Assembly (NCBI GenBank): GCA_002704755.1
Contig: PAHC01000018.1
Coordinates: 37,869 to 101,868, forward strand
Length of the DNA: 64,000 bases
From: Rhodobiaceae bacterium
GTDB lineage: Bacteria; Pseudomonadota; Alphaproteobacteria; Rhizobiales; TMED25
Direction of reading: 5' to 3'
Shown: piece after piece, positions 32,887 through 44,317 of the stretch
Layout: each line of letters starts with the position of its first letter
Numbering within the stretch: the stretch's first letter is position 1
The notes under the pieces: model-generated
What the model saw: only the letters and a program-made list of their open reading frames with translations
Database searches by the model: none
What the model was told of the DNA's origin: nothing
Program-made: the position numbers and the translations under genes

Positions 32887-34962
32887 ATGGCAAGATCAAA
32901 TCCTATCGAAGACTACAGAAATATTGGTATCATGGCTCACATTGATGCTGGTAAAACTACTACAACAGAAAGAATTCTGTATTACACAGGAAAAAGTCAT
33001 AAAATTGGTGAGGTGCATGATGGTGCAGCCACTATGGATTGGATGGAGCAAGAACAAGAAAGAGGAATTACAATTACCTCAGCAGCTACAACAACATACT
33101 GGAATGGTAAAAGAATAAATATAATTGATACTCCAGGGCACGTGGATTTCACAATTGAAGTAGAACGATCTCTTCGAGTTCTAGATGGTGCCGTCGCTCT
33201 CCTTGATGCTAACGCAGGTGTTGAGCCCCAAACAGAAACAGTTTGGAGGCAAGCAAATAAATATAATGTTCCAAGAATGATCTTTGTAAATAAAATGGAT
33301 AAGATTGGCGCTGATTTTGATAGATCTGTTGAAATGGTTAAAGAGAGATTGGGTGCGACTCCATTAGTTTTACAAATTCCAATTGGATCTGAAACAAATC
33401 TCAAGGGTGTGGTTGATTTAATTGAAATGCGAGCAATTGTGTGGGAAGATGAAAGTCTGGGAGCAAAGTTCAATTATGAAGAAATTCCAGCAGATCTCCT
33501 TGAAAAATCAACTAAATATCGGGAACTTCTTGTGGAGACAGTTGTTGAATTAGATGAAGCAGTGATGGAAAAATATCTTGAAGGGGAAGAAATTGATGTT
33601 GCTACCCTCAAGTCATTAATTCGCAAAGGTACATGCCACAATACATTTTACCCTGTATTCTGTGGGTCAGCGTTTAAAAATAAAGGCGTACAGCCATTGC
33701 TGGACGGTGTTATAGATTATCTACCTTCTCCAATGGATGTTGAGCAAATAAAGGGTATAGATTTAAAAACTGAAACAGATATTCTTGTTAAATCCTCAGA
33801 TAATGAAAACGTTTCTTTGCTAGCCTTCAAGGTTATGAATGATCCATTTGTTGGTTCTCTAACATTCTGTAGAATATACTCGGGTAAAGTTGAAAGTGGT
33901 ATGCAATTACTCAACTCCGTTAAAGACAAAAAAGAAAGAGTTGGTAGGATGCTACTAATGCACTCAAATTCTAGAGAAGATATAAAAGAGGCTTATGCTG
34001 GAGATATTGTTGCATTAGCTGGTTTAAAACTTACTACAACTGGCGATACTTTATGTGATCCTTCACATCCTATAGTTTTAGAAAGGATGGAGTTTCCTGA
34101 GCCTGTCATCGAAATAGCAGTAGAACCAAAAACAAAAGGCGACCAAGAAAAAATGGGAGCCGCACTTGCAAGACTTGCGCAGGAAGACCCATCATTCAGA
34201 GTTTCATCAGATGATGAATCAGGGCAGACAATCATCAAAGGTATGGGCGAACTTCACCTTGATATTCTCGTAGATAGAATGAAGAGAGAGTTTAAAGTTG
34301 ATGCTAATATTGGCGCTCCTCAAGTTGCCTACAGAGAAACAATTACTAAGCCATCTGAAGTAGACTATACGCATAAAAAACAATCAGGGGGTGCAGGGCA
34401 GTTTGCTCGTGTAAAAATGACAATCAGCCCAGGCGAAGCTGGAACTGGTTTCGTCTTTGAGAATAAAATTGTTGGTGGTGCTATTCCTAAAGAATACATC
34501 CCTGGAGTCGAGAAAGGGATTGCATCTGTATTGGATAATGGAGTCCTAGCTGGGTTCCCGCTCTTAGATATACATGTGGTTCTGCATGATGGTGCATATC
34601 ACGATGTTGACTCATCAGTTATGGCTTTTGAAATTGCTGGAAGAGCTGCATTTAGAGAAGCTGCCCAATCTGCTGCACCAAAGCTTTTAGAACCAATTAT
34701 GGATGTTGAAGTAGTAACACCTGAAGAATATATGGGTGATGTGATTGGTGACTTGAATTCACGCAGAGGTCAGATTGCGGGTACTGAAGCACGATCAAAT
34801 GCTACTGTGATAAAATCAAAGGTTCCATTGGCTAATATGTTTGGTTATGTAAGTCATCTTCGTTCAATGAGTCAAGGACGCGCTCAATTCACTATGCAGT
34901 TTGATCATTACGAGCAAGTTCCACAGGCTGTTTCAGATCAAGTTATTGCAAAGTTTGCTTAA
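32887..34962 (+). CDS. fusA: Elongation factor G
   Basis: 691 aa. [17 protein letters not shown] and NKMD motifs. Confidence 0.98.
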   Translation: MARSNPIEDYRNIGIMAHIDAGKTTTTERILYYTGKSHKIGEVHDGAATMDWMEQEQERGITITSAATTTYWNGKRINIIDTPGHVDFTIEVERSLRVLDGAVALLDANAGVEPQTETVWRQANKYNVPRMIFVNKMDKIGADFDRSVEMVKERLGATPLVLQIPIGSETNLKGVVDLIEMRAIVWEDESLGAKFNYEEIPADLLEKSTKYRELLVETVVELDEAVMEKYLEGEEIDVATLKSLIRKGTCHNTFYPVFCGSAFKNKGVQPLLDGVIDYLPSPMDVEQIKGIDLKTETDILVKSSDNENVSLLAFKVMNDPFVGSLTFCRIYSGKVESGMQLLNSVKDKKERVGRMLLMHSNSREDIKEAYAGDIVALAGLKLTTTGDTLCDPSHPIVLERMEFPEPVIEIAVEPKTKGDQEKMGAALARLAQEDPSFRVSSDDESGQTIIKGMGELHLDILVDRMKREFKVDANIGAPQVAYRETITKPSEVDYTHKKQSGGAGQFARVKMTISPGEAGTGFVFENKIVGGAIPKEYIPGVEKGIASVLDNGVLAGFPLLDIHVVLHDGAYHDVDSSVMAFEIAGRAAFREAAQSAAPKLLEPIMDVEVVTPEEYMGDVIGDLNSRRGQIAGTEARSNATVIKSKVPLANMFGYVSHLRSMSQGRAQFTMQFDHYEQVPQAVSDQVIAKFA

Positions 34963-34978
34963 ATAGAAAGAATTAAAT

Positions 34979-35287
34979 ATGCAGGGACAGAATATACGTA
35001 TCAGACTAAAAGCTTATGACCATAGGCTACTGGATAACTCTACTTTGGAAATAGTTAATACCGCAAAGAGAACCGGAGCCAGTGTAAGAGGTCCTATACC
35101 CTTACCAAGGCGAATTGAAAAATTCACTGTACTACGTGGACCGCATATTGATAAGAAAAGTAGAGAACAATTTGAAATAAGAACTTACAAAAGACTTCTT
35201 GATATTGTTGATCCTACTCCGCAAACAGTTGACGCTCTAATGAAATTAGACCTGTCAGCGGGTGTCAATGTAGAAATTAAATTATAG
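34979..35287 (+). CDS. rpsJ: 30S ribosomal protein S10
   Basis: 102 aa. Canonical S10. Only 16 nt after fusA. Confidence 0.97.
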   Translation: MQGQNIRIRLKAYDHRLLDNSTLEIVNTAKRTGASVRGPIPLPRRIEKFTVLRGPHIDKKSREQFEIRTYKRLLDIVDPTPQTVDALMKLDLSAGVNVEIKL

Positions 35288-35301
35288 GATTTATTATTAA
35301 G

Positions 35302-36174
35302 ATGAGAGTTGGATTGATTGCAGAAAAATTAGGAATGATGAGAGTGTTTACTGATGCTGGACAACACATACCTGTTACAGTGTTATCAATAGCAAACTGT
35401 CAAGTTGTCTCACATAAGACAAAAGAACTAGACGGTTATTCTGCCATACAACTTGGGGCCGGTTTACCTAAAACAAAAAATGTAACAAAACCTATGCGTG
35501 GGCATTTTGCAAAACATAAAGTTGAGCCTAAATCAAAGCTAGTGGAATTCAGAGTTGACGATGATAAATTTATTCAGATTGGTTTAAAAATGAAAGCCGA
35601 TCATTTTGTGCCAGGTCAAAAAGTAGATGTGACTGGTACTAGCATTGGTAAGGGATTCGCGGGCGCAATGAAGCGCCATAACTTTGCGGGTCTTAGAGCC
35701 TCACATGGTGTTTCAATTAGTCACAGGAGCCATGGTTCAACAGGACAATGTCAGGACCCAGGCAAGGTTTTTAAGGGTAAAAAAATGGCTGGTCATATGG
35801 GAGCTGCAAAGGTGACAGTTCAAAATTTATTAATTCATTCAGTTGATATAGAAAAGGGTCTTATTTTTGTCCATGGTGCCGTGCCTGGGCATAGTGGCGG
35901 TTGGGTAACAATCAAGGACTCTGTAAAACTGATACCATCAATTGAGCTTCCTCAGCCGGGTAGTTTTATTGATCCAAATCTATCAAAGTCTAGTGCTGTT
36001 GAGGATAATTTAGAAAGTAAAATGGAGATAGATGATTTAAATAATGAAGTAAAAACTGATACAGAAACAGATGAATCAAATAATGATAATGATCAAAATC
36101 AAGATATAAAAAGTGTTGGCAATCAACAAGAAGACTCATCAATTAGCGATCCAGAGGATGGTGAACAAAAATGA
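35302..36174 (+). CDS. rplC: 50S ribosomal protein L3 with a long acidic low-complexity C-terminal tail
   Basis: The first ~210 aa are canonical L3 ([15 protein letters not shown]...SHGS). Residues ~225-290 are rich in D/E/N/S/Q. The stop overlaps the rplD ATG (ATGA). Confidence 0.93.
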   Translation: MRVGLIAEKLGMMRVFTDAGQHIPVTVLSIANCQVVSHKTKELDGYSAIQLGAGLPKTKNVTKPMRGHFAKHKVEPKSKLVEFRVDDDKFIQIGLKMKADHFVPGQKVDVTGTSIGKGFAGAMKRHNFAGLRASHGVSISHRSHGSTGQCQDPGKVFKGKKMAGHMGAAKVTVQNLLIHSVDIEKGLIFVHGAVPGHSGGWVTIKDSVKLIPSIELPQPGSFIDPNLSKSSAVEDNLESKMEIDDLNNEVKTDTETDESNNDNDQNQDIKSVGNQQEDSSISDPEDGEQK

Positions 36175-36794
36175 AAATGAATGTTATTGACATATCATCT
36201 AAGGCGTCCGGCACTATTGATCTTAAAGATACAATATTTGGACTAGATCCTAGAAAAGATATTTTGCATAGAACAGTTGTTTATCAGTTGGCAAAAAGAA
36301 GATCTGGAACGCATAAAGTAAAAAATAGATCTGAAATTACAGCAACTACAAAAAAGATGTACAAACAAAAAGGTACTGGTAGTGCGCGTCATGGATCAAA
36401 AAAAGTTCCTCAATTTAGGGGTGGTGGAAGAGCATTTGGTCCTACACCAAGAGATCATTCTATTAAGCTTACAAAGAAATTCAGAAAACTTGCATTGAAA
36501 CATGCTTTGTCTGCAAAGATAAAAGAAGGTAATGTTGTTATACTGAGCGAAGCGAAGCTCAAAAGTCCCAAAACAGCAGAACTGGTTAAAAGTTTGGATA
36601 AGTTCTCAGTGACTTCAGCTTTATTTCTTGATGCCATTGAATTTGATAAAAATTTTGAATTAGCGTCCATGAATATCCCCAATATAGATATTCTTCCAGT
36701 TCATGGTATGAATGTTTATGACATCTTGAAAAGGGATAAGCTGTTTATTACTAAGAATGCTATAACAGAAATTGAGGGTCGTTTAGATGAATGA
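36171..36794 (+). CDS. rplD: 50S ribosomal protein L4
   Basis: 207 aa. [12 protein letters not shown] motif; S10-operon position. Confidence 0.94.
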   Translation: MKMNVIDISSKASGTIDLKDTIFGLDPRKDILHRTVVYQLAKRRSGTHKVKNRSEITATTKKMYKQKGTGSARHGSKKVPQFRGGGRAFGPTPRDHSIKLTKKFRKLALKHALSAKIKEGNVVILSEAKLKSPKTAELVKSLDKFSVTSALFLDAIEFDKNFELASMNIPNIDILPVHGMNVYDILKRDKLFITKNAITEIEGRLDE

Positions 36795-37086
36795 AATAGA
36801 ATTATATGACATTATACGAAACCCAGTTATTACTGAAAAGGCTACTTTGGTATCTGAAAATGGTCAAGTGATCTTTGATGTTTCAAAAACGGCAACAAAA
36901 ACACAAATCAAAGAGGCAATAGAAACTCTTTTTAAAGTAAAAGTTAAGTCGGTAAACACTCTTATACGTAAGGGAAAGGTTAAGCGTTTCAAGGGAAGAA
37001 TTGGTAAAAGATCTGACGTCAAGAAGGCAATTGTATCACTTGAAGACGGTCAGAGCTTTGATTTTACAACAGGTATAAGTGGATAA
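36787..37086 (+). CDS. rplW: 50S ribosomal protein L23
   Basis: 99 aa. Operon position and L23-like sequence (PVITEKAT). Confidence 0.93.
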   Translation: MNEIELYDIIRNPVITEKATLVSENGQVIFDVSKTATKTQIKEAIETLFKVKVKSVNTLIRKGKVKRFKGRIGKRSDVKKAIVSLEDGQSFDFTTGISG

Positions 37087-37090
37087 TATT

Positions 37091-37927
37091 ATGGCACTAA
37101 AATCATTCAAACCAAATACACCAGGGCAAAGAGGACTAGTATTAGTATCTAGGGATAGCCTATGGAGTGGTAAACCAGAAAAAACCCTCACAGTTGGTCT
37201 AACAAAATCTGGTGGAAGAAATAATAATGGTAGAGTAACCGCTAGAAGAAGGGGCGGCGGACACAAGAGGTTATATAGGATTATTGATTTTAAAAGAAAT
37301 CACCATGATATTCCTGCAACAGTCGAAAGAATCGAATATGATCCTAATAGATCTGCATTCATAGCACTTCTATCATATGAAGATGGGACTAAATCTTATA
37401 TTTTGGCTCCGCAAAGATTATCTGTTGGAGATGTAATTTCTTCAGGTTCAAAATCTGATATTAAGCCTGGAAATGCTTTGCCTTTAGCCAATATTCCAAT
37501 TGGTACTATAATTCATAACGTTGAACTTAAGCCTGGAAAAGGAGGGCAAATAGCTCGTTCTGCAGGGACCTATGTTCAGCTTGTTGGTAGAGATCAAGCA
37601 TATTCAATCTTAAGATTAAACTCTGGTGAACAAAGAATGACTAGATCAGAGTGTATGGCAACAATTGGTGCAGTATCAAACCCTGATAATAAGAATATCA
37701 AACTAGCAAAAGCTGGAAGATCACGTTGGTTGGGTAAAAGGCCATCTGTTCGTGGTGTCGCTATGAACCCAATTGACCATCCACATGGTGGTGGGGAAGG
37801 TAAAACTTCTGGAGGTAGGCATCCAGTTACACCGTGGGGTAAACCAACCAAAGGTAAAAAAACCAGAAGTAATAAGTCTACTGACAAGCTGATACTTAGA
37901 AGCAGGCATTTGAAAAAGAAAAGGTAA
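37091..37927 (+). CDS. rplB: 50S ribosomal protein L2
   Basis: The start is taken at [14 protein letters not shown] (ATG 37091). [16 protein letters not shown] motif. Confidence 0.96.
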   Translation: MALKSFKPNTPGQRGLVLVSRDSLWSGKPEKTLTVGLTKSGGRNNNGRVTARRRGGGHKRLYRIIDFKRNHHDIPATVERIEYDPNRSAFIALLSYEDGTKSYILAPQRLSVGDVISSGSKSDIKPGNALPLANIPIGTIIHNVELKPGKGGQIARSAGTYVQLVGRDQAYSILRLNSGEQRMTRSECMATIGAVSNPDNKNIKLAKAGRSRWLGKRPSVRGVAMNPIDHPHGGGEGKTSGGRHPVTPWGKPTKGKKTRSNKSTDKLILRSRHLKKKR

Positions 37928-37934
37928 AATATAA

Positions 37935-38213
37935 ATGGCTAGGTCAATCTGGAAAGGACCGTTTGTTGACGGTTATTTGTTAAAGAAAGCTGAGAATGCT
38001 AGAGCATCAGGTCGTAACGATGTAATTAAGATATGGTCAAGAAGATCAACCATTCTTCCTCAGTTTGTTGGGTTAACTTTTGGTGTTCACAATGGCCAAA
38101 AACATATTCCTGTTCTAGTCACTGAAGAAATGGTTGGTAGAAAGTTTGGTGAGTTCTCTCCTACAAGGACTTATTATGGTCATCTTGCAGACAAGAAAGC
38201 TAAAAGGAAATAA
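37935..38213 (+). CDS. rpsS: 30S ribosomal protein S19
   Basis: 92 aa. Canonical S19 ([10 protein letters not shown]). Confidence 0.96.
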   Translation: MARSIWKGPFVDGYLLKKAENARASGRNDVIKIWSRRSTILPQFVGLTFGVHNGQKHIPVLVTEEMVGRKFGEFSPTRTYYGHLADKKAKRK

Positions 38214-38215
38214 TT

Positions 38216-38587
38216 ATGGCCCCAAAATTACAAGAAGGTATGGCTTTAGCCATAACAAAAAATCTAAAAATTAGTTCACAGAAATTAAATCTTGTTGCTG
38301 CTATGATTAGAGGTAAAAAAGTTGATAAAGCAATTAATGATCTGCAGTTTTCAAGAAAACGGATTGCACAAGATGTACTTAAAACTCTAAAGTCTGCCAT
38401 AGCAAATGCTGAAAACAACCATAATTTAGATATTGATGAACTATATGTAAATGAGGCCTATGTCGGTAAAAATTTAGTACTTAAAAGGTGGAAGCCAAGA
38501 GCAAGAGGTAGAGTTGGAAGAATTCAAAAACCATTTAGCCAACTTACTGTTGTTGTTAAACAACTTGATAATGAGGAATCAAAGTAA
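38216..38587 (+). CDS. rplV: 50S ribosomal protein L22
   Basis: 123 aa. Operon position and L22-like sequence. Confidence 0.93.
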   Translation: MAPKLQEGMALAITKNLKISSQKLNLVAAMIRGKKVDKAINDLQFSRKRIAQDVLKTLKSAIANAENNHNLDIDELYVNEAYVGKNLVLKRWKPRARGRVGRIQKPFSQLTVVVKQLDNEESK

Positions 38588-39288
38588 TGGGTCAAAAAGT
38601 ATCTCCAATAGCACTAAGACTTGGGATTAACAGAACGTGGGACTCACGTTGGTTTGCTGAGAAAAATGAATATCCAAAACTTCTTATGGAAGATAGAAAA
38701 ATAAGAAGTCTTGTCAATGGGTTAAAGGCGACTGCAGCAATTTCTAAAATTGTTATTGAGCGTCCCCACAAGAAATGCAACGTTACAATTTATTCCGCGA
38801 GACCAGGGATTTTAATTGGCAAGAAAGGTTCAGATATTGAGCTTATCAAAAACAAAATACAAAAAATAACTAATACAGACGTATCAATAAATATACTTGA
38901 AGTTAAAAAACCTGAAATAGATGCTACTTTAGTTGCTGAGTCAATTGCACAGCAGCTAGAAAGAAGGGTTGCGTTTAGACGTGCTATGAAAAGAGCTGTG
39001 CAAACAGCATTAAGAATGGGTGCTGGAGGAATCAGAATAAACTGTGGTGGAAGACTTGGGGGGGCTGAAATTGCAAGAACAGAATGGTATAGGGAAGGAA
39101 GAGTGCCACTTCATACATTAAGAGCAAATGTTGATTATGGTGTTGCAACTGCTCAAACAACTTATGGTGCAATTGGAATTAAAGTATGGATTTTTAAAGG
39201 CGAAGTACTTGAACATGATCCTATGGCTCAAGAAAAAAGCATAACTGGCAATCAAGATCAAACTCGTTCAGCTAAGGTAGAAATCTAG
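38587..39288 (+). CDS. rpsC: 30S ribosomal protein S3
   Basis: 233 aa. [14 protein letters not shown]-terminus and a KH domain. TAATG overlap with rplV. Confidence 0.96.
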   Translation: MGQKVSPIALRLGINRTWDSRWFAEKNEYPKLLMEDRKIRSLVNGLKATAAISKIVIERPHKKCNVTIYSARPGILIGKKGSDIELIKNKIQKITNTDVSINILEVKKPEIDATLVAESIAQQLERRVAFRRAMKRAVQTALRMGAGGIRINCGGRLGGAEIARTEWYREGRVPLHTLRANVDYGVATAQTTYGAIGIKVWIFKGEVLEHDPMAQEKSITGNQDQTRSAKVEI

Positions 39289-39298
39289 GGAATTAATC

Positions 39299-39718
39299 AT
39301 GTTACAACCAAAGAGAACTAAATTCAGAAAAATGCATAAGGGTAGAATCAGTGGTAATGCCAAGGGTGGCTTTACTCTAAATTTTGGATCATATGGTTTA
39401 AAATCATTAGAACCATCCCGAGTGACAGCTAGACAAATCGAAGCTGCTAGACGTGCAATGACTAGACATATGAAAAGAGCTGGCAGAGTTTGGATTAGAA
39501 TATTTCCTGATGTTCCTGTTTCAAAAAAACCTACAGAAGTTAGGATGGGTAAGGGAAAGGGATCAGTGGAATATTGGGCAGCAAAAGTTAAACCAGGAAG
39601 AATGATGTTTGAGATAGATGGTGTGCCAGTTGATGTCGCCCGTGAGGCGTTGTCACTTGCAGCTGCTAAATTACCAGTTAAATGTAAATTTGTATCAAGA
39701 ATAAGTGATGTTAATTAG
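39299..39718 (+). CDS. rplP: 50S ribosomal protein L16
   Basis: 139 aa. [17 protein letters not shown]-terminus. Confidence 0.96.
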   Translation: MLQPKRTKFRKMHKGRISGNAKGGFTLNFGSYGLKSLEPSRVTARQIEAARRAMTRHMKRAGRVWIRIFPDVPVSKKPTEVRMGKGKGSVEYWAAKVKPGRMMFEIDGVPVDVAREALSLAAAKLPVKCKFVSRISDVN

Positions 39719-39729
39719 GTTCTAGAATT

Positions 39730-39933
39730 ATGAAGACAAGTGAAATAAGAGAGTTATCAAAAGATCAAATTACTGATGAACTCGTAAAGTTTAAAAAAGA
39801 GCAATTAAATTTACGGTTTCAAAAAACCAGTGGTCAATTGGACAATACGGCAAGAGTTAGATTTGTGAGAAGAACAATAGCAAAACTTAAGACAATACAA
39901 AACGAGAAAAACATAATACAGGAGAAGAAATAA
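39730..39933 (+). CDS. rpmC: 50S ribosomal protein L29
   Basis: 67 aa. Operon position and L29-like helical sequence. Confidence 0.9.
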   Translation: MKTSEIRELSKDQITDELVKFKKEQLNLRFQKTSGQLDNTARVRFVRRTIAKLKTIQNEKNIIQEKK

Positions 39934-40157
39934 TGCCAAAGAGAATACTCTCAGGTGTTGTAGAAAATAATAGTCTCGACAAAACGATAGTTGTACGAGT
40001 TGAAAGAAGGTTTATTGACCCTCTATTAAAGAAAACTGTTAGAAGGTCTAAAAAATATCATGCGCATGATGAGGAAAATAAATACAACATCGGAGATCAA
40101 GTGCGAATTCAAGAATCAAGACCATACTCTAAACTCAAAAGATGGATAGTGTTATAG
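39933..40157 (+). CDS. rpsQ: 30S ribosomal protein S17
   Basis: 74 aa. [18 protein letters not shown] and KKYHAHDE motifs. 1-nt overlap with rpmC. Confidence 0.93.
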   Translation: MPKRILSGVVENNSLDKTIVVRVERRFIDPLLKKTVRRSKKYHAHDEENKYNIGDQVRIQESRPYSKLKRWIVL

Positions 40158-40179
40158 GATATTAAAGGGATAATAGAAA

Positions 40180-40548
40180 ATGATCCAAATGCAAACAAAT
40201 TTAGGCGTAGCTGATAACTCTGGAGCAAAAAGAGTTCAGTGTATTAAAGTGCTTGGTGGTTCAAAAAGAAAAACTGCTCACATTGGTGATACAATAGTCG
40301 TAACGGTGAAAGAGGCAATCCCACGTGGCAGAGTGAAAAAAGGTGACGTGCTTAAAGCTGTAATTGTTAGAACTGCAAAAGGGATCTTAAGGAATGATGG
40401 AACAGCAATAAGATTTGATGGAAATGCTGCTGTATTAATTAACAATCAGGGTGAGCCTATCGGGACAAGAATTTTTGGACCTATTACAAGAGAATTAAGG
40501 GCAAAAAATCATATGAAAATTATATCACTTGCGCCGGAGGTGCTCTAA
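40180..40548 (+). CDS. rplN: 50S ribosomal protein L14
   Basis: 122 aa. [18 protein letters not shown]-terminus. Confidence 0.97.
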   Translation: MIQMQTNLGVADNSGAKRVQCIKVLGGSKRKTAHIGDTIVVTVKEAIPRGRVKKGDVLKAVIVRTAKGILRNDGTAIRFDGNAAVLINNQGEPIGTRIFGPITRELRAKNHMKIISLAPEVL

Positions 40549-40868
40549 TGGCAGCTAAAATTAAAAAAGGAGATAATGTCATAGTTCTTGTCGGGAAAGA
40601 TAAGGGCAGAACTGGTACTGTCCTTACAGTATTTCCTGATGAAAATAAATTAATTGTTCAAGGTATAAGCATTAAGAAAAAGCACCAAAAACAAACACAA
40701 ACGCAGCAAGGCGGAATCATAGAAAAAGAGGGCAAAATTCATGTTTCAAATGTTGCCTTAATCGATCCAAAAGACTCAAAAGCATCAAAAGTAGGATTTA
40801 AATTACAAAAAGATGGACAAAAGGTTAGATTCTATAAAAAGTCTGGGGAGCTAATAGATGACAAATAA
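40548..40868 (+). CDS. rplX: 50S ribosomal protein L24
   Basis: 106 aa. KOW motif ([18 protein letters not shown]). Confidence 0.94.
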   Translation: MAAKIKKGDNVIVLVGKDKGRTGTVLTVFPDENKLIVQGISIKKKHQKQTQTQQGGIIEKEGKIHVSNVALIDPKDSKASKVGFKLQKDGQKVRFYKKSGELIDDK

Positions 40869-41412
40869 TTATATACCTCGTATGAAAACACATTATGATG
40901 ATGTCGTAGTAAAGGATTTATTGGATAAATTCAATTACACCAATTCTATGCAAATACCTAAGCTTGATAAGATTGTTATCAATATGGGACTGGGAGACGC
41001 AGTATCAGAGTCAAAGAAAGCGGATATAGCCATTGAAGCACTAGGACTTATTGCTGGACAAAAACCAGTTTTTACAAAAGCAAAAAAATCGATTGCTAAC
41101 TTCAAATTAAGAGAAGGAATGGTGATAGGTACAAAAGTAACGCTTAGAAAATCTAGGATGTATGATTTTGTTGACCGATTAATAACAATAGCGCTACCAA
41201 GAGTAAGAGATTTTCGAGGTATAAGTTCAAAAAGTTTTGATGGTAATGGTAATTACGCAATGGGTATTAAGGAGCATATTGTGTTTCCAGAGATTAATTA
41301 TGACAAAGTAGATGTCATTAGGGGTATGGATATAATCATTTGCACAACAGCGCAAACAGATGAAGAAGCAAAAGTATTGTTATCAGGGTTGAATTTCCCT
41401 TTTAGGAATTAG
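40858..41412 (+). CDS. rplE: 50S ribosomal protein L5
   Basis: 184 aa. Canonical L5 ([16 protein letters not shown]). Confidence 0.95.
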   Translation: MTNNYIPRMKTHYDDVVVKDLLDKFNYTNSMQIPKLDKIVINMGLGDAVSESKKADIAIEALGLIAGQKPVFTKAKKSIANFKLREGMVIGTKVTLRKSRMYDFVDRLITIALPRVRDFRGISSKSFDGNGNYAMGIKEHIVFPEINYDKVDVIRGMDIIICTTAQTDEEAKVLLSGLNFPFRN

Positions 41413-41426
41413 TAATAGGAGCAAAA

Positions 41427-41732
41427 ATGTCTAAGGTAAGTATTACAGAAAGAAATAAGAAAAGATGGAATTTGAGTAAAAAATACTCTGCAAAGAGAAC
41501 TGCGCTCAAAGAGCTATCAAAAAATAAAACTTTATCAATGGAAGAACGTTTTCAAGCTGCTGTAAAACTTGCAAAACTTCCAAGGAATTCAGCTCCTATA
41601 AGATATAGAAATAGATGCGCTATTACCGGTAGGCCACGTGGATATTATAGAAAACTAGGAGTGTCCAGAATTGCAGTTAGAGACTTAACAGCAGAGAGCC
41701 AAATACCTGGTATGACAAAGTCAAGTTGGTGA
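41427..41732 (+). CDS. rpsN: 30S ribosomal protein S14 (long, Cys-less C- type)
   Basis: 101 aa. [21 protein letters not shown]. No CxxC zinc knuckle pairs. Confidence 0.95.
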   Translation: MSKVSITERNKKRWNLSKKYSAKRTALKELSKNKTLSMEERFQAAVKLAKLPRNSAPIRYRNRCAITGRPRGYYRKLGVSRIAVRDLTAESQIPGMTKSSW

Positions 41733-41742
41733 GGATGTAAAA

Positions 41743-42138
41743 ATGATGACAGATCCATTAGCAGATATGCTAACTAGAATAAGAAATGCACTTTTAAGAA
41801 AAAAATCAACCGTTCTAACACCCGCTTCTAAGCTCAGGGAAAATGTATTATTAGTGCTGCAGGATGAAGGGTATATAAGAGGATATACTAGAATAGAGGT
41901 TGAAGGGCAATTTCCTATGTTTGAGATTGAACTTAAATATTATGAAGGAGACTCTGTTATTAAAAGATTGGAAAGAGTATCAAAGCCTGGGCGAAGAGTA
42001 TATTCATCTGTATCAGAGCTACCTCGTGTATTCAATGGTTTAGGTGTTTCCATATTATCCACCTCAAAAGGTGTAATGTCTGATGTTAACGCAAGAGAAG
42101 CTAACGTAGGTGGGGAGATACTTTGTAAAGTATTCTAA
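41743..42138 (+). CDS. rpsH: 30S ribosomal protein S8
   Basis: 131 aa. [13 protein letters not shown] motif. Confidence 0.96.
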   Translation: MMTDPLADMLTRIRNALLRKKSTVLTPASKLRENVLLVLQDEGYIRGYTRIEVEGQFPMFEIELKYYEGDSVIKRLERVSKPGRRVYSSVSELPRVFNGLGVSILSTSKGVMSDVNAREANVGGEILCKVF

Positions 42139-42149
42139 ATGAGGAAAAG

Positions 42150-42683
42150 ATGTCAAGAATTGGAAAAAAAGCAATAGATATACCTGATAATGTGAAAGCA
42201 ATTATTACTAATGGTATTATTACTGTAACAGGTCCTAAAGGTGAATTATCTGCCACACTCTTTGATGATGTTGATGTGCAAATTAATGATAGTTCAATTA
42301 ATGTAATTCCAAAGAGCCCTAATAAAAAAGCACGTTCTTTTTGGGGGCTAACTAGAACATTAATTGATAACTTAGTTGCAGGTGTTTCTGAAGGCTTTAT
42401 AAAAACACTTGAAATTCAAGGAGTTGGCTATAGGGCTCAGGTGCAAGGTAATACTCTCCAACTTGCACTCGGATTTAGTCATGATGTAAAATATGAGGTT
42501 CCAGAAGGAATTGAAATAAAGTGTTCTAAACCTACTGAAATAACAATTGAAGGTATAGATAAACAAAAAGTTGGACAAACAGCAGCTGAGATCCGAAGAT
42601 TTAGACCACCTGAGCCTTATAAGGGCAAAGGCATTAGGTACAAAGATGAATACGTATTTAGAAAAGAAGGCAAGAAAAAATAG
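42150..42683 (+). CDS. rplF: 50S ribosomal protein L6
   Basis: 177 aa. [13 protein letters not shown]-terminus and [10 protein letters not shown]. Confidence 0.96.
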   Translation: MSRIGKKAIDIPDNVKAIITNGIITVTGPKGELSATLFDDVDVQINDSSINVIPKSPNKKARSFWGLTRTLIDNLVAGVSEGFIKTLEIQGVGYRAQVQGNTLQLALGFSHDVKYEVPEGIEIKCSKPTEITIEGIDKQKVGQTAAEIRRFRPPEPYKGKGIRYKDEYVFRKEGKKK

Positions 42684-42691
42684 AGTTCAAG

Positions 42692-43045
42692 ATGGCATAT
42701 TTAGATATTAAAATAAAAAGAAAAAAAAGAGTAAGAAGAGCTTTGAAAACAAACAAAGATCAAAGACCAAGACTGAGCGTCTTTAGGTCTTCCAAAAATA
42801 TATATGCTCAAGTCATAGATGATATTAATGGAAAAACTCTCGCTTCAGCATCCACTTTAGAAAAAGATATACGTAAAGATAATGGTTCTGATGTAAAGGC
42901 AGCTGAGAATATTGGTAAATTAATAGCGGAGAGAACACTTAAAGCTGGTGTTGAAAAGGTTGTTTTTGATAGGAGTGGTTATCTATATCACGGTCGTGTC
43001 AAAGCGCTCGCTGACTCTGCTAGAGAAAATGGACTGCAATTTTAA
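42692..43045 (+). CDS. rplR: 50S ribosomal protein L18
   Basis: 117 aa. [18 protein letters not shown] and [17 protein letters not shown]. Confidence 0.95.
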   Translation: MAYLDIKIKRKKRVRRALKTNKDQRPRLSVFRSSKNIYAQVIDDINGKTLASASTLEKDIRKDNGSDVKAAENIGKLIAERTLKAGVEKVVFDRSGYLYHGRVKALADSARENGLQF

Positions 43046-43058
43046 GGAAGTGTAAAGT

Positions 43059-43607
43059 ATGGCAAGATCACAAGTAAAGACTAAAGAAGAAAATAATGAC
43101 CTGATTGATCGTCTTGTTCACATCAATAGAGTGGCAAAAGTTGTAAAAGGTGGACGAAGATTTGGTTTTGCAGCATTAGTTGTGGTTGGAGACCAAAAGG
43201 GAAAAGTTGGTTTTGGGCATGGTAAAGCAAAAGAAGTGCCTGAGGCTATAAAAAAAGCAACAGACGATGCCAAAAGAGAGATGATTAAAGTACCACTAAG
43301 AGACGGTAGGACACTCCATCATGATGTACAAGGCCACCATGGCGCAGGTAAAGTCATTTTGCGAACAGCACCTTCGGGTACTGGCATAATTGCTGGTGGA
43401 CCAATGAGGGCAATTTTTGAAGCGTTAGGCGTACAAGATGTTGTTGCCAAGTCGCAAGGTACATCAAATCCTTATAACATGGTTAGAGCAACATTTAATG
43501 CGCTTAAAAATGAACAAAGTCCAAGAATGATTGCTTCGAGGAGAGGGCTTAAAGTGAGTAATCTCATCACGAGAAGAAAAGAACAAAATGTTGAAGTTGA
43601 TGGATAG
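43059..43607 (+). CDS. rpsE: 30S ribosomal protein S5
   Basis: 182 aa. [26 protein letters not shown] motif. Confidence 0.96.
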   Translation: MARSQVKTKEENNDLIDRLVHINRVAKVVKGGRRFGFAALVVVGDQKGKVGFGHGKAKEVPEAIKKATDDAKREMIKVPLRDGRTLHHDVQGHHGAGKVILRTAPSGTGIIAGGPMRAIFEALGVQDVVAKSQGTSNPYNMVRATFNALKNEQSPRMIASRRGLKVSNLITRRKEQNVEVDG

Positions 43608-43611
43608 TAAT

Positions 43612-43800
43612 ATGTCAAATAAAGTAAAAACTATAACAGTAAAGCAAATTGGTAGCTCTATAGGTAGAAAATTTGACCAAAAACAAACCCTAGTTGGGCT
43701 TGGTTTAAACAAAATAGGTAGGGTTAGAGAATTAGAAGATACGCCTTCTGTAAGAGGCATGGTTAGAAAAGTAAAACATCTTGTTGAAATAATTGAGTAA
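43612..43800 (+). CDS. rpmD: 50S ribosomal protein L30
   Basis: The start is taken at [19 protein letters not shown] (ATG 43612), avoiding overlap with rpsE. 62 aa. Confidence 0.9.
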   Translation: MSNKVKTITVKQIGSSIGRKFDQKQTLVGLGLNKIGRVRELEDTPSVRGMVRKVKHLVEIIE

Positions 43801-43815
43801 AATAGGATCATTATA

Positions 43816-44286
43816 ATGCGATTAAACGAATTATCCGATGTAAACGGTGCTAAAAAAGATCGAAAAAGAGTTGGTCGAGGAATTGGCTCAGGAACTGGAA
43901 AAACTGCTGGCAGAGGAGTAAAAGGACAAAAATCTCGTTCTGGTGTTGCAATAAAGGGCTTTGAAGGTGGACAAATGCCTTTACATCGAAGGTTGCCTAA
44001 GAGAGGTTTCAATAACATTTTTGCAAAAGAGTACAATATTTTTAATTTGGACAGAATTCAATATTTTATCGATAATGGTAAAATAAACGATAAAGAGGTC
44101 ATCAATACAGAAAATTTACTTAAGGCTAAACTAATTAGTAAAGAAAAGAATGGCCTTAAAATATTAGGCAGAGGTAATCTAAAATCTAAGGTGGCATTTG
44201 AAGTATCTGGTGCCTCAGAAAAGGCTATCAAATTAATTGAGAAATCAGGTAGTAAGATTACGATTATTGGATCTGCTGAAAAATAA
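43816..44286 (+). CDS. rplO: 50S ribosomal protein L15
   Basis: 156 aa. [24 protein letters not shown] motif. Confidence 0.95.
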   Translation: MRLNELSDVNGAKKDRKRVGRGIGSGTGKTAGRGVKGQKSRSGVAIKGFEGGQMPLHRRLPKRGFNNIFAKEYNIFNLDRIQYFIDNGKINDKEVINTENLLKAKLISKEKNGLKILGRGNLKSKVAFEVSGASEKAIKLIEKSGSKITIIGSAEK

Positions 44287-44317
44287 GACAACATAGAAAT
44301 AATCATTGTGGTAATTT

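Noticed and set aside
34963-34978. A missing tufA after fusA as a possible deletion or misassembly.
   Set aside because: The junction is a clean 16-nt spacer with an rpsJ RBS context. An intact tuf exists at 18987-20177, so a single-copy tuf is a plausible native state.
43464-44036. 190-aa minus-strand ORF spanning rpsE, rpmD and rplO. Similar long antisense ORFs lie at 31343-31846, 32997-33473, 21704-22162, 16820-17275, 25958-26380 and 30560-30967.
   Set aside because: All lie fully antisense to highly conserved, confidently identified genes. They have low-complexity Ser/Pro/Ile-rich translations, no RBS and no family resemblance. They are shadow ORFs typical of biased codon usage.
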